Positions 14,900-28,080 of a stretch of DNA of 64,000 bases are shown one piece after another. Position numbers and translations under genes: made by a program. The number at the start of each line of letters is the position of its first letter. Positions within the stretch are counted from its first letter, which is position 1. Below the pieces are notes generated by a model. It had not been told where the DNA came from. It did no database searches and saw only the letters and a program-made list of their open reading frames with translations. The stretch comes from Octopus vulgaris (taxonomy: Eukaryota), in contig OX597825.1 of the NCBI GenBank assembly GCA_951406725.2, forward strand, positions 87,358,001-87,422,000. Direction: 5' to 3'.

Positions 14900-15880
14900 G
14901 TTCAAGTAAAACTTCTCATCCTCCATAAATGGACCAATAACTAAAATTCTGTTCGATTTTATACCCAAACACTTCTCTCATAATCATAGTATCTACTAAA
15001 GCTTGGAAACTCTACGCAAGCTCTTCTACTCTAAGACCCATAACTTTGATTTCAGATTCGTAATATTCGATTGTGTTACACTTAATCCTAACCTTCTTAC
15101 GGTAATATTAGTTTCAGCCTTAACTGGAAAACACATTTTTATTTTTTCTCTCTCCATTGAAATCGTCGTACCACTGTAAACACAAGCTTATCTTTCTCCT
15201 CATACATCGCATTCACTAACAACATCCTCAAAAGCGATTCTATTAACACAACTATATACTTACATGCTTCAATAGAAATTACTCTGCAAATTTCTCTTCT
15301 CATATTGCGCTTCCGAAAAGTTTTGAGTTAGTCAATATCACATAGAAAGTTCTACCGTTCTCTAAGTCATAGAATGGTAAAAAAAAATGTCAGTTTTGCA
15401 CTATTGAAGAGATTGAAACTATTTTCTTCCTCTTCTTTTGTTGAACAGGAATTGCAAACATATTTCAACATGGCAGCCAAAGCAATTTCGCAACACTCAG
15501 TCTCAATAAACCGCAATTTCTGAAACATTATACACCTTCGTCAGTTATGCTTATGTGGAGACACTACTACGGATATCTGTTTGCCTGTGTCTGTCGCTTG
15601 TGTCGTCAATAAACGCCTTTCACCTCTTTCCTACGTGTCTTACCTATTACTTCAACCATAACCAATTACCCTCACAACACTCTATGAATGTTCAAACCCT
15701 CTTCTGGCATTCCTTCCATTATTTCTCTAATGCTCCATTCTCTTTTACAGTCCTTCTTAACACCAGACTAGCTTCTGCTATAAGAGTTTATGTTTCAATT
15801 TCTGATGACGTCAACATCCTCCACTTTTGCATTACTCTTTTCGAAATTTTTACATCCAGATCACATTTTAGATCTTCCAA
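14900..15880 (-). mobile_element. Possible very old RTE-like LINE debris
   Basis: Purine-rich minus strand with only faint echoes of RT motifs (AMYE; NLKSK..GLRV). Heavily decayed. Confidence 0.25.
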
Positions 15881-15909
15881 ATCTCAAACATTCTTTCCCT
15901 TTCTGAGAA

Positions 15910-15983
<74 letters not shown>

Positions 15984-15984
15984 A

Positions 15985-16392
15985 CAAATGTGGTAACATA
16001 TAACAATATTGACCAAGGTTACCGTGGTCTTTTTCGTAGGCTTTTCTTCCCACGGATAAACCTTACTTGCTTTCCCCTTTACACCATATATCATAACACT
16101 GTGATACACGATCCCTATTAATCGTTCTTTTTTTTCCTCTTCCCCTTTTTTCCCCTTTTTTCTTCTTTTTTCATTTCTCTTTTCTTTTGTTCCTTTTCCT
16201 TTTCTTTTTTTTTCTTTTATTCTTTTTATTTTTAATTTTATTTATTTTTATTTAAAAAAATTTTTTTTTTGTTCTTTTCTTCCCCCTTTTTTTTCTTTCT
16301 GATGTTTTTTGTTTTTTTCATCCCCCAAAAGAAAAGCTCTACCTTGTAACTTGTCCCATCTGTGTGCAGCCCTGTGTGGCCAATAAAGAAAC
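15985..16392 (+). mobile_element. Probable 3' end / UTR of a non-LTR retroelement inserted into (ATCT)n
   Basis: T-rich tract, then 'cagccctgtgtggccaataaagaaa' containing AATAAA. Flanked on both sides by the same (ATCT)n microsatellite. Confidence 0.4.
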
Positions 16393-16424
<32 letters not shown>

Positions 16425-16478
16425 TTGTCTGTCTATCTGTCTGTGTTTCTATGGAGATTTCTATCTTTCTCCTATGTA

Positions 16479-16552
<74 letters not shown>

Positions 16553-17100
16553 CTCAGAATCATTTCAGCTGAACCTGGAGTTTCTACATTTATAAGCAGG
16601 CTGCTAAATCGTTAGTACTTGTATGAATATTCGATACTCTGCTAACGATAAATTTATTTTTTCCGTGTTATTTGTAACCACTGAAACACACACATATACG
16701 CACACACATACACACACACACACACTCACGCACACACACACTCACATACACACACACACATACACACACATATATATATGGATATATATATATATATGTA
16801 TATATGTGAGAAAGAGAGATATACATATATATTTTGTAATTACATTTATACATTTAAACTCATATATATATATATATATATATGAACGTATGCATTTTTA
16901 CACACACACACACGCACACACACATACATACATACACACAAAGACACACACACATATTTCCTATTTTATGTTTCTCCCCGTGTGTATCTCCGCTCCTTTT
17001 CTTCTCTACTTCTCTATATATGATCGTACACCTGTCCGATCATTTCATCATTGATGTCTCTATAGAGTTTCATGTATGATCGCATTTTACTACTTGTCAG

Positions 17101-17229
17101 GTAATGACGGGAATCGCCTCGGCGCGTCCTCGATGGAGCTCGTGTACACAATTCACAAACGATCATCTCGGAAATGCTGTAGGACGAATGTTTGTTCAAC
17201 AGAATTTTGACGACGAAGCCAAATCGCAG
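17101..17229 (+). CDS. Next internal exon of the same neprilysin-family peptidase
   Basis: cttgtcag acceptor, CAG|gtattt donor. 129 bp = VMTGIASARPRWSSCTQFTNDHLGNAVGRMFVQQNFDDEAKSQ, the M13 'PRW..C......AVGR.FV...F' segment (compare neprilysin [26 protein letters not shown]). Confidence 0.93.
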
Positions 17230-17534
17230 GTATTTAAGAATATTTTGGTTTATTTCACCTACCTTGATGCCAGAGGTTTACTTTTAAAGAAATAGTAGTG
17301 CATTACGTATCTTAGAAATGAATGGATTCCTATGTGAATTTTCTAGGAACCAAGCAATAATATGGAAACTATTTCTTGACATCGAACAATCAACATCTTT
17401 TGTAAAGTAACTATTATCTGGACAACCAATAAGTTTGTTCTAAACTAGCAGACAGAAATGGTAAAATATATCCGATGATTTTATGCTATAAGAATCTATT
17501 TATGGTATAGATAGATTATCTATCTATCTACCTG

Positions 17535-17610
<76 letters not shown>

Positions 17611-17682
17611 ACTGCATGTCTATCTGTCGGTTTTTTCATGAACATATGTACTTAAATATCGATCGTTAATTCTGATATTATT

Positions 17683-18140
17683 GCTATGTTGGGGCTTTGG
17701 GGGCAGCTAACGGTGAAGGTGCTTCGTGAAAACATATCTACACCACATCATGTAGTTCTCCCATCTTTCTTGGCAAGATATTAAATAGCCTTTGCATCTT
17801 AAGCTATTTAGTATCCTGTCCTTGCTATAGACAGAATGGGTGGAATCTTTGAAACATGCAGTGGTGGTCTCTAGGATCTTCCGCATGTGTATCACCGCAT
17901 ATCTCTCCCGCCTCCTCTCGGGGGAAAGATGTCGCACTTCTCTTCCAGTAGCTCAAATATTTCACTATTTCAGTCTTCTTGCTGTAGCACCGCCGAACTG
18001 CTTCGAGATCTGCTATTAAATTGACACTATTTGGTGACCATAGTGGACACAATTAGTCTAGACAACTGAGTACAAATTTACTTCATGGGACCACCATAGT
18101 TTCCTGATCACATGCTCTGAAACCCATCAAAATCCATCGA
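17683..18140 (-). mobile_element. Old 3' fragment of a LINE related to the 3020-6622 element
   Basis: CPLWSPNSVNLIADLEAVRRCYSKK...LSYWKR and ERRRERYAVIHMRKILE align to the 5860-6531 ORF. It ends in a 'gccccaacatagc' tail homolog. Confidence 0.85.
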
Positions 18141-18218
18141 ACTTAAGAGCTCAAATAGTTAGAGTCATACATGTGTAGATTATATATATACATACATGTT
18201 TATATATAACATACGCAT

Positions 18219-18279
<61 letters not shown>

Positions 18280-18430
18280 TATCTACATATACATATATAT
18301 ATATATATATATTGTTATATTTCGGAATGGTCATATTGCCAGTTTAGCCAATAAAAACACACGCACTATATATTTGGTGTTATTTTGCTTCAGTGATATT
18401 TATTTTTTACATTAATCTTAATCTTATTTC

Positions 18431-18475
18431 GGCCAAAGTTCTTTCGTCACACTCCTGTGACCGCATCAGTGGTCC
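18431..18475 (-). ncRNA. Minimal type I hammerhead-like motif, family B (sense to the PLE ORF)
   Basis: GGACCA-CUGAUGC-G-GUCACA(GGAG)UGUGAC-GAAA-G(AA)C-UU-UGGCC. Confidence 0.6.
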
Positions 18476-18995
18476 TTTGTTTTCTTCTCACTTACTTGTG
18501 TCTCTCCTTACTAACCGTCAGCCATTTTGTATTTCTATTGTATGTCTTCATTTGCGCATGCTTATATCTCTATGTGCGTCTATGTTTATTTAGTGTGTGG
18601 GGGGGATGTCTGTAATATTTGTATCTTCTGGTTATATACATTCTTGTAATTTGTATTTTGTTTTTGTTGTTGTTGCTTTTGTTCTAATTTTGTTCATGTG
18701 TTTACATCCACCCATTATTATCATTACATATGCTTGTATGTATGTATAACAACAATATTAGTAATAATAATAATAAATCTAATCGAGAAAAAAAAAAAAA
18801 AAAAAAAAAAGAATATACATATACATATATATATATATATACATACACATACATATACATATATATATATACATATATACACACATATATACACATATAC
18901 ATATACATATATATACACATATACATACACATAGATATTCATTTCTATTTCTTTAATTACCTGTGTATTTATTATGTTTGCAGGATCCACTATTG

Positions 18996-19428
18996 TCATA
19001 TGTTGTGGTGTGCGCTATTGCTCCATTCTAGTTTTCTATTCAGGCTAGGTTTATTTTCTATTATATGTGTAGCTTCTGTAATTTGTCTAATTGTTGCATC
19101 TGTTCTATGTGTGGACAATATCTTAATCTCTATGTTATTGATTGATCCCCCGTGTTCTTGTTCGGCGTGTTGGTACAGAATCGATGAGCTTTTACCTTCC
19201 TTGAGTTGTCTCCAAATGTCATTCACCCGCTCACCAATGCTTCTTGCAGTTTCCCCTACGTATGTTACTGTCTTGTTACTGCATCGTCCCTCTATACATC
19301 TTATACTATAGACCACATTTCTGGCTTTACAGTTCGTTTGTGGGCTAAATCTACATACAGTGCAATAGTTATCCGTACAGAGAGTTCTACTAAAAGGATA
19401 GGTTCTACCAATTATAGATCTGATAGAT
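18996..19428 (-). CDS. PLE Cys-rich linker + GIY-YIG endonuclease (C-terminal fragment, open frame)
   Basis: [60 protein letters not shown]...[11 protein letters not shown]...RQITEATHI....LNRKLEW. This has the VVY/YVG motif and the conserved R, E and N of GIY-YIG nucleases. Confidence 0.88.
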
Positions 19429-19739
19429 TAGATTAGATTTATTATTATTATTACTAATATTGTTGTTATACATACATACAAGCATATGTAATGATAATAA
19501 TGGGTGGATGTAAACACATGAACAAAATTAGAACAAAAGCAACAACAACAAAAACAAAATACAAATTACAAGAATGTATATAACCAGAAGATACAAATAT
19601 TACAGACATCCCCCCCACACACTAAATAAACATAGACGCACATAGAGATATAAGCATGCGCAAATGAAGACATACAATAGAAATACAAAATGGCTGACGG
19701 TTAGTAAGGAGAGACACAAGTAAGTGAGAAGAAAACAAA

Positions 19740-19784
19740 GGACCACTGATGCGGTCACAGGAGTGTGACGAAAGAACTTTGGCC
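19740..19784 (+). ncRNA. Minimal type I hammerhead-like motif, family B (inverted arm)
   Basis: Same sequence as 18431-18475, on the host-gene strand. Confidence 0.6.
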
Positions 19785-19989
19785 GAAATAAGATTAAGAT
19801 TAATGTAAAAAATAAATATCACTGAAGCAAAATAACACCAAATATATAGTGCGTGTGTTTTTATTGGCTAAACTGGCAATATGACCATTCCGAAATATAA
19901 CAATATCTGTTTCAACACACGACTTCACATAAAAAATCTTGCACAACAAATATTTAAACGTATATATATATATATATATATATACATAT

Positions 19990-20026
<37 letters not shown>

Positions 20027-20091
20027 AATATACATACACACACACACATATATATATATATATGTATATGTATACACACACACACACACAT

Positions 20092-20127
<36 letters not shown>

Positions 20128-20364
20128 CCGTTCGTAATATCTTAAAGTACGCTGGCTTTTCTCATTCTATCAGGTATAAATCATCCTTTTGTGCTTTTGT
20201 GCGAATCTCATTATTGCATTATTGAAGATGGTATCAAGTTTCTCCAATTCAATTAAATATTTTTTTCCAATCCTAGAATATATATATGTATGTGTGAGTG
20301 TGTGCGTGTGCCCGTATATATACATACATAGATATATGAGTATCTATATATCTATATATCTATA

Positions 20365-20400
<36 letters not shown>

Positions 20401-20641
20401 TTTGAGTATGCATGTATATATATATATATATATATGTATATACATGTATGTGCATATATATATACACACACACACATACACACACATACACACACACACA
20501 CGCACACACATATATATATATATATCTTTTAATTTTTTGTGTCAAATACAGATTTATCCTTATATATGGTATACATAGCCTACATTGTATATTTTTTATA
20601 ATTTGTGTTTATATGTATATATATATATATATACTTGTATA

Positions 20642-20747
<106 letters not shown>

Positions 20748-21094
20748 CTATTTGTTTTGTGCATATTTTCTATCTACCTATCTATAACGATATTATTTCA
20801 TTTTACTCGGTAATAACTACAAATGCTTCGGGACAATTTTCTGTACTCGTCTCCCTCTAACTTCGTTTTGCATAAATCATACCAAGTTGCATTTGTAACA
20901 TTTTTTAGTTATTAATTTGAATCTTAACAGAAAATTGATCGGGGTATCGTAAAAAAGGAGCTAAAATGATGCAGAGAAGTGTGTTGATTTGCGATGTGTA
21001 CAAATATATACTTTTTACCATTTGAGACCCAAAATTCACAAACAAAGGGTATTCATGAAGTATTTTGTCAATCACATTACATACTGATTCCCAA

Positions 21095-21287
21095 ATTTGG
21101 CACAATGCCAGAAATTTCGGGGGAGGTTTAAGTCGATAACACTGACCTCAGTTGTCAACTGGTACTTATTTTATCACTTCCGACATGATAAAATGTTGAC
21201 GGAATTTGAACTCAGAACTTAAAAACGGACGAAATGCCGGCAAGCATTTCGTCCATATTGATAACGATTCTGCCAAGTCACCGCCTT
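21095..21287 (-). mobile_element. SINE, family S1
   Basis: Minus strand 'ggcggtgacttggcagaatcgtta...ttctgagttcaaattccg...ataaaataagtaccagttg', with A/B-box-like motifs. Confidence 0.8.
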
Positions 21288-21436
21288 TTAGTAACATTAC
21301 ATATTGAAAGTTATTTGAGATTGCTAAAAGGAATTCTAATGCATTTCTACGCATGTTGACTGTAGAGAGCGGCTTATAAATGGTAAACCTTTACAAGTAA
21401 ATCTATTGAAAACTCGTCAGTATCTAGAACGTTCTA

Positions 21437-21510
<74 letters not shown>

Positions 21511-22309
21511 AAGCGGGGAGAGAGAGAGATGGACAGCTACACCGGATTTTCTATTCTGCACCTAACGGCTACGAAGATGTCAATCTAGTTTTCAAAATAC
21601 CGAAATAAATGTCATTCATTTGTGCGTTGATTGCATAATCTCTGTCTCTCACACACGGACACACGGACACACATTTAAGCGGCTAAACACTCGTATATAT
21701 ACAGTCATCGAGAAAGTTCGAAGTCTATGTCAAAGTTTGTCCTGCTTGAGATAAATGAAATTTTCTATTTAAATCTACTGAACTGTCTTTCACTTAGAGC
21801 TTGACTAGTTTCGTGTATGCCTGTTTACAGTATGTCCGTACTTAAAACGAACTCAATGATACAGAAGACATGTCTGAACTTAGGTGAACCAAAAGAGATT
21901 TGCCCATTTCACGGCTTGTACATGTATGCACATATAAACCTTAATAGTGGTTAATCTACACACACACAGACTCACACATACTCACATATTAAAGTGTATA
22001 TAGTGTATATGTACATATTGCATATGTTTATATATATATATATGCATATATATATATATATATACACATACACACACATATATAGATACATATATGCACA
22101 TACATCTATATGTGTGTGTATATATATATATATATATATACATATACAATGATGTATATATACATACACACACACACATATGCGTAAATGTCGAAGAACG
22201 AGAATGAGTGCTGAACACCGCATTGATGGATAAAATGTCTTTATTAGTATATTAAGTTTACCTTTGGTTTCATATTGAGAAAAGTCTCAATTTTTCAAGC
22301 CTGGCGTTA

Positions 22310-22545
22310 TTCAAGTATGAAAATAAAAGACATGCACCATCCCTATCCAATATGATATGGTCACTGAAAGAAGGTGGAATAAACGACCCTCACATAAGAA
22401 TTGAGCATCATTACTAAAGCCAAAAAATACAGAGGACAGGCTACCAGATGTGAGCTTTGTATCACTGAAAAGCTCAATATCATACACTCAAAGAGATAAC
22501 ATTTTAAATGTTAGGGATGAAGCCTTCTCCGTGCATACACAAGCA
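22310..22545 (+). pseudogene. C-terminal half of a second, different PLE-type GIY-YIG endonuclease
   Basis: With frameshifts: FKYENKRHAPSLSNMIWSLKE...SIITKAKKYRGQATRCELCITEKLNII...ILNVRDE...CIHK. This matches the 'LS..IW.LK...RC.LC..EK..I...LN.R.E....C.H' tail seen in PLE endonucleases. Confidence 0.72.
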
Positions 22546-22819
22546 ATATTTCACACACGGACATTTGAAAGAGGGAGCCACCACCCGTTCCACCAGCCTC
22601 AACACGATAGTTTCTTTCCCTGATTGTGAACATAAAATGTGTACAACACACGAACTCCACGCATTGAAAAGAAGCATGCCTCTCGCTGATGGACTCCCTC
22701 AGCATGCAAATACACGAACATTAGATGTACCCAAAATATATTATAATGCAATCAAATCCACCGTCCAACACGGTTTTTACCCCAAACGTCAAACCCAAAG
22801 GTGATAATCACCGATAATA

Positions 22820-22925
22820 TAAATACTAGACTTACAAAGAATAAGTCCTGGGGTCGATTTGCTCCATTGAAGGCGATGCTCCAACATGGCCTCAGTCAAA
22901 TAACTGAAATGAATAAAAGAATACA
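22820..22925 (+). mobile_element. 3' end of SINE family S2
   Basis: 'aagtcctggggtcgatttg...aaggcgatgctccaacatggcctcagtcaaataactgaaa' is homologous to 31345-31455. Confidence 0.7.
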
Positions 22926-22954
22926 TATACACACAGACACACACACACACAGAT

Positions 22955-23303
22955 ATAAAATAGAAATATTATTATTTCTAAATCTCTCATCAAAGAGGTA
23001 TATTCAGTAACGGCATTTTAAAGTAGAGGCTATTTGCCAACATAATGAGACTGCCCAGGAAGGGCCGATTGTTACTGGAAGGCAGAATTGTTACTCAGGA
23101 AACATCGTCTCCAGCTAGCTATGCGACACAATATCTGTGTCCTTATATTTTCCTGCTGGCTAAACAATGTTTCCTGGGGCTAAACATCAGTAAAATCGTC
23201 CTTTCCAGGACAGCCACATTATGTTGGCAAGTAGCTTTTATTTTAAAGAACTGTCACTGAATATCTCTCGTTGCGAGATTTAGAAATAACGTTTCTATTT
23301 TAT
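22955..23303. mobile_element. Foldback / long-TIR MITE, family F (old, nearly full palindrome)
   Basis: Left 'ataaaatagaaa..ttatttctaaatctc..tattcagtaac..ttgccaacataatg' mirrors right 'cattatgttggcaa..gtcactgaatatctc..gagatttagaaataa..tttctattttat'. Confidence 0.75.
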
Positions 23304-23814
23304 GAGATCAGTGACAGCGTGTTACTTTCAAAACTAAATATTTTCGAACGGCGAATTCGGCAACGCCACCTAACCAAGCAGCTGCTCTGTGTTGGTAACG
23401 TGCAATAACCCAGAAACTGGTCCACAGGTGTTGTTTCGTGCTGGATGGGTTTTCTGGATTCCCTGTTCGAAAATATAAGTGTACAGGTATTGTGTCGTAT
23501 AGATAGATGGAAACGATATTTGCAGGGGTTAAAACAGGAACAATCGACAGTTGCTGGACGCAACAAAAAGTAAAGGCAACTAGACTTTACTTCATATACT
23601 TACATACATACATACATACACACATACATACACACATACATACATACATACATACATACATACATACATACATACATACATACATACATACATGCATGCA
23701 TGCATGCATACATACATACATATATATAGTCGGGCATGAACTGAAAAAAATCATATAAACCTAGATATAGATATATATATATATGGGTGTGTATGTGTGT
23801 GTATGTATACATAC

Positions 23815-23867
<53 letters not shown>

Positions 23868-24003
23868 TGTGTATATATATGTATATATAAAAATATATAT
23901 ATCTATATTTATTTATACATTTATTTATACATACATACATACACACACACATACATACACACATACGTACATACATACATACATACATACATACATACAT
24001 ACA

Positions 24004-24035
<32 letters not shown>

Positions 24036-24601
24036 GTCGGGCATGAACTGAAAAAATAATATAGACCTAGATATATCTATCTGATAGGACAGCGATGTAT
24101 TTTTGTGTATTTCTAATTTACTTGGACATAAATCGGTTTTCGTATCAATATCGTTATAGACAATAGCTGCTTCCATAGCATAGAATGGAAGCGACTGTAA
24201 CAAAAACAAGAGCAAAACAAGCAACGGAAATGTCGCAGAGTAGTTATCGATGAGCAGAATCGGTTCGTCTTTTCAACATATATCACCTCTGTTGGTTAAT
24301 TAGATTTCACATTTGTTTTTGTTTTTGGTTTTCGATGTCTTTTCTTAAGTGCTCTGCCACAACAATACCAACGTCTCCAGAGTGAAGCGAGTCGCATAAA
24401 ACCGGCCGCCATTTCCAGTCGCACCATTAGAAGAACGAACGTTAATGAAACTATATTTAGTGGCTCCGTGGAAAACCAACGCCAATAAACGAGCGATTAG
24501 ATAAATTGATAAATGAATGTGTTTAGTCTCAGTCTCATTCACATCACACATTGTTGAATTTAGATCTGTGCGAGAGACAAAAGCGTTTTATAACACGCAC
24601 A

Positions 24602-24648
<47 letters not shown>

Positions 24649-24764
24649 GATACATTTATATGTGTGTTTCTGCACGAACAGACAGACTCATATGCACGCA
24701 TGAATGTGAAAGATGGTGGTTATGGTGAGAGGGGGATATGGCAATGTTATAAATTTTATTATTG

Positions 24765-24881
24765 TTCTCTTCTTTTTCTTCTTCTTCTTCTTCTACTTCT
24801 TCTTCTTTTTCTTCTTCTTCTTCTTCTTCTTCTCTTCTCCTTCTTCTTCTCCTTCTTCTTTCTTCTTCTCCTTCTTTTTCT

Positions 24882-24913
<32 letters not shown>

Positions 24914-25261
24914 TTCTTCTCCTTCTTCTTCTTCTTCTTTTTCTCCTACTTCTCCTACTTCTCCTTCTCCTCCTCCTTCTCCTACTTCTCCTTCTTCTTC
25001 GTCTTCTTCTTCTTCTTCTTCTTCTTCTCCTCCTTCTTCTCGCCTTCTTTTCCTCCTCTTCCTCCTCCTTCTTCTTCTTCTTCTTCTTCTTCTTCTTCTT
25101 CTCCCTCTTCTTCTCCTTCTTCTTCTACTCCTTTTTTCCAGCTCCTTTTTCTTCATCTTCTTCATCTTCTCCTCAACCTCCTTCATCCTCTCGTCCGCCT
25201 CCGCCTCCTCCTGCTTCTTCTTCATCATCTTTTTCTTCTTCTTCTTCTTCTTCTTCTTCTT

Positions 25262-25291
<30 letters not shown>
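24765..25291. repeat. Compound (CTT/CCT)n trinucleotide microsatellite, about 520 bp
   Basis: Directly visible. It produces the poly-L/F/S/E/R ORFs in the track. Confidence 0.97.
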
Positions 25292-25292
<1 letters not shown>

Positions 25293-25945
25293 TCGTTAAT
25301 TCTTTAGCCGTTTCTAACGAAAGTTGAACCAAGGTTACATATTTCAGTTCCACCTCAATATGATTTCAACTTAGAACAAACCCTTACTTCAGTACAAAAC
25401 GCAAGGAATTTCTCAGTCGCCTTCAGTTATAAGGGTCGGCATCACAAAGCCGTCCACTGTAGAGAAAGTTACAACCGATCACCTTGTTCTGCAAAAGTAG
25501 TTCACGAATAATATGTTAGACTGAAGGAAAGCAGGACAGTATCTATCGTGGTGGAATTTGATAATAAAGTCTAAAGGACAATAACAATATATCGTATCTC
25601 TTGAAGGCAAAATCCAAATATATATATCTACATATATTTACATATATTTACATATATATGGATAATGTGGGAAACACATTACATGCATTTTAATATGGAG
25701 AATATATACCTCGTATTCCACATCAGTATATCGTGCAGTGGGGTTATGATTATAATATATATATATAGAATTATATAGAAATATACAAAATATATAATAA
25801 TAGAAAATGATAATAGTTCAGTAATAGGGGTTTTCAGTCAATAGATTTGAGGGTATTCCATTTCAGATAATGTAAAAAGAACATAACTGGTATTTATGAT
25901 GGAAAACTTGTGGTATTTATAGGCACATCAAGAAATAATACTTGA

Positions 25946-25990
<45 letters not shown>

Positions 25991-26627
25991 CATGAAACGC
26001 TGTTTAATTGCATAATACATTTCTTAAAAATTGATGAAGTTAATCTTAAAACAAACACAACATCAACTACAAGAAAATTTGTCAGTTATTTTAAATGTAT
26101 AATGAGATAATAAAGAATATCATACATTGATGTGCGCAAAAGGAGTTCCAGGGAATTGTGCATTTGTTCGAATTGTCACTCAATTGATTAATTATGCATA
26201 ATGAATGAGAAACTTGGTTCATTTGACCTCAATAATGCAACAGGCATTTGCAGTCCATTCGAACGCATCATAAAGAATCATAGCTATAATGAGTCTTGGT
26301 CCAACAGAGATTAGCTGAAGCTTAGAACGACATCAAATATCGATCTCTGCGGTAAAAATACATTAGATGAGAAAATATATAATGTATATCAAGATTTCCC
26401 AGTGGGAATTCATACTGAGGGATAGTCGAAGATCTCCCCTGTCGCTTTACATCTCATGGAAATCTTCGAATAGAGCGATCTTATACGACGATACAGATCA
26501 TTGTGCTTATATACATATGTTGTGGGGGTCTATTTACATATTTATAAACAGACTCACACACACACACATATATATATCTACACATACATACATACATACA
26601 TATATATATATATGTATATCTATATCT

Positions 26628-26712
<85 letters not shown>

Positions 26713-26713
26713 C

Positions 26714-26751
<38 letters not shown>

Positions 26752-27376
26752 CTTTAAAATATGACAAACTGTAACACGCAAAACAAATGTATTTTAAATG
26801 AAAAAATGAAAAGGTATGAAAAGCTACGAAAAACTTTATATAGTGCAAGCAAATGTTATCTTAACAGCTGCTTCGAATCAAAGATGACTGATTGTTAAAA
26901 CAATGCAGGTGTATTACAGAATAGTATGACTATAGCTTAGGACAAAGGCATCGATCCTTTGAAACATCTTTCACGCTGTATACTCAAATTTTCACGTAAA
27001 TACATTCCTTGCGATTGTTATCGTTTGTGTGTCTTCCCGTTTCCATGGTTGCTTCATTTTAAGCTTTCTTATAGCTAATCTTTCAGCACTTGGGTCACCT
27101 TAGCACGAGGGAGAATTCGGATGGAATATCAGATGCTGACATACGTGCATACATACATACATTCATACATACATACATACACACATACATACAAACAAAA
27201 ATACTATGTTGTTAATGTTGAAATTGCCATGAAGGAGGTTTGAATCTAGGTGAGAAACCGGTTCATTCCCTTTGGCAAGAAATCTGGAAATAAACTAAAT
27301 AATGACATTCATACATACAACAGATACACATACATACAAACATATATATAGATATATATACATGTATATATATATA

Positions 27377-27436
<60 letters not shown>

Positions 27437-27751
27437 TGTACATGTATATGCATATACATATTTACATACATCTACCTTTTATCCACATATATGTAGTCTC
27501 TCTCTCTCACGCTCAGTCACTCTCTCTCACGCTCAGTCACTCTCTCTCTCTGTCTATGTAAATACACACACGCCCACATATACATATTTATATATATACA
27601 TGTACAGATGTACATATTTATGGATATGTGTATACAAGTATGGTCGATGTTTCTCTTTTCCATATTAGTTTCATTAATGCTTGTATTATCTATATTAGTA
27701 TTATCGACAATTGAAGAACCAATATGAATATTTTTTCTTTGCTAATATTAT

Positions 27752-28080
27752 TTGGGCACTCCGTCGGTCGCGACGACGATGCCTCCAGTTAATCCGATCA
27801 ACGGAACAGCTTGCTCGTGAAGTCAAGGTGCAAGTGGCTGAGGACTCCACACACTCGTGTACGCTTAACGTAGTTCTCGGGGAGATTCAGCGTGACACAG
27901 AGTGTGACAAAGCTGGCCCTTTGAAATGCAGGTACAGCAGAAACAGGAAGAAAGAGTGATGGAAAGTTGTGGTGAAAGAGTACAGCAGGGTTCGCCACCA
28001 CCCCTGCCTGGTCTGGGAATCGAAACCGAGATCCTATGACCGCGAGTCCACTGTCCTAACCACTGGGCCATTGCGCCTCC
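27752..28080 (-). mobile_element. tRNA-derived SINE, family S3
   Basis: Head 'ggcgcaatggcccagtggttagg...ggtttcgattcccagacc' (A and B boxes). Body 'gtcacgctgaatctcccc' is shared with a decayed piece at about 48920-49070. Confidence 0.85.

Larger units (their letters stand above)
18309..19960 (-). mobile_element. Penelope-like element: 5'-truncated GIY-YIG ORF between 476-bp inverted pLTRs, inserted in (TA)n
   Basis: Arms 18309-18784 and 19431-19906 are reverse complements (identical 66-aa conceptual ORFs in the track). GIY-YIG ORF lies between them, and each arm has a hammerhead-like motif. Confidence 0.9.

Noticed and set aside
27225-27270. GAAACCGGTT preceded by ATGAAGGA (possible hammerhead relic)
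   Set aside because: No convincing core or stem I/II pairing in this copy.
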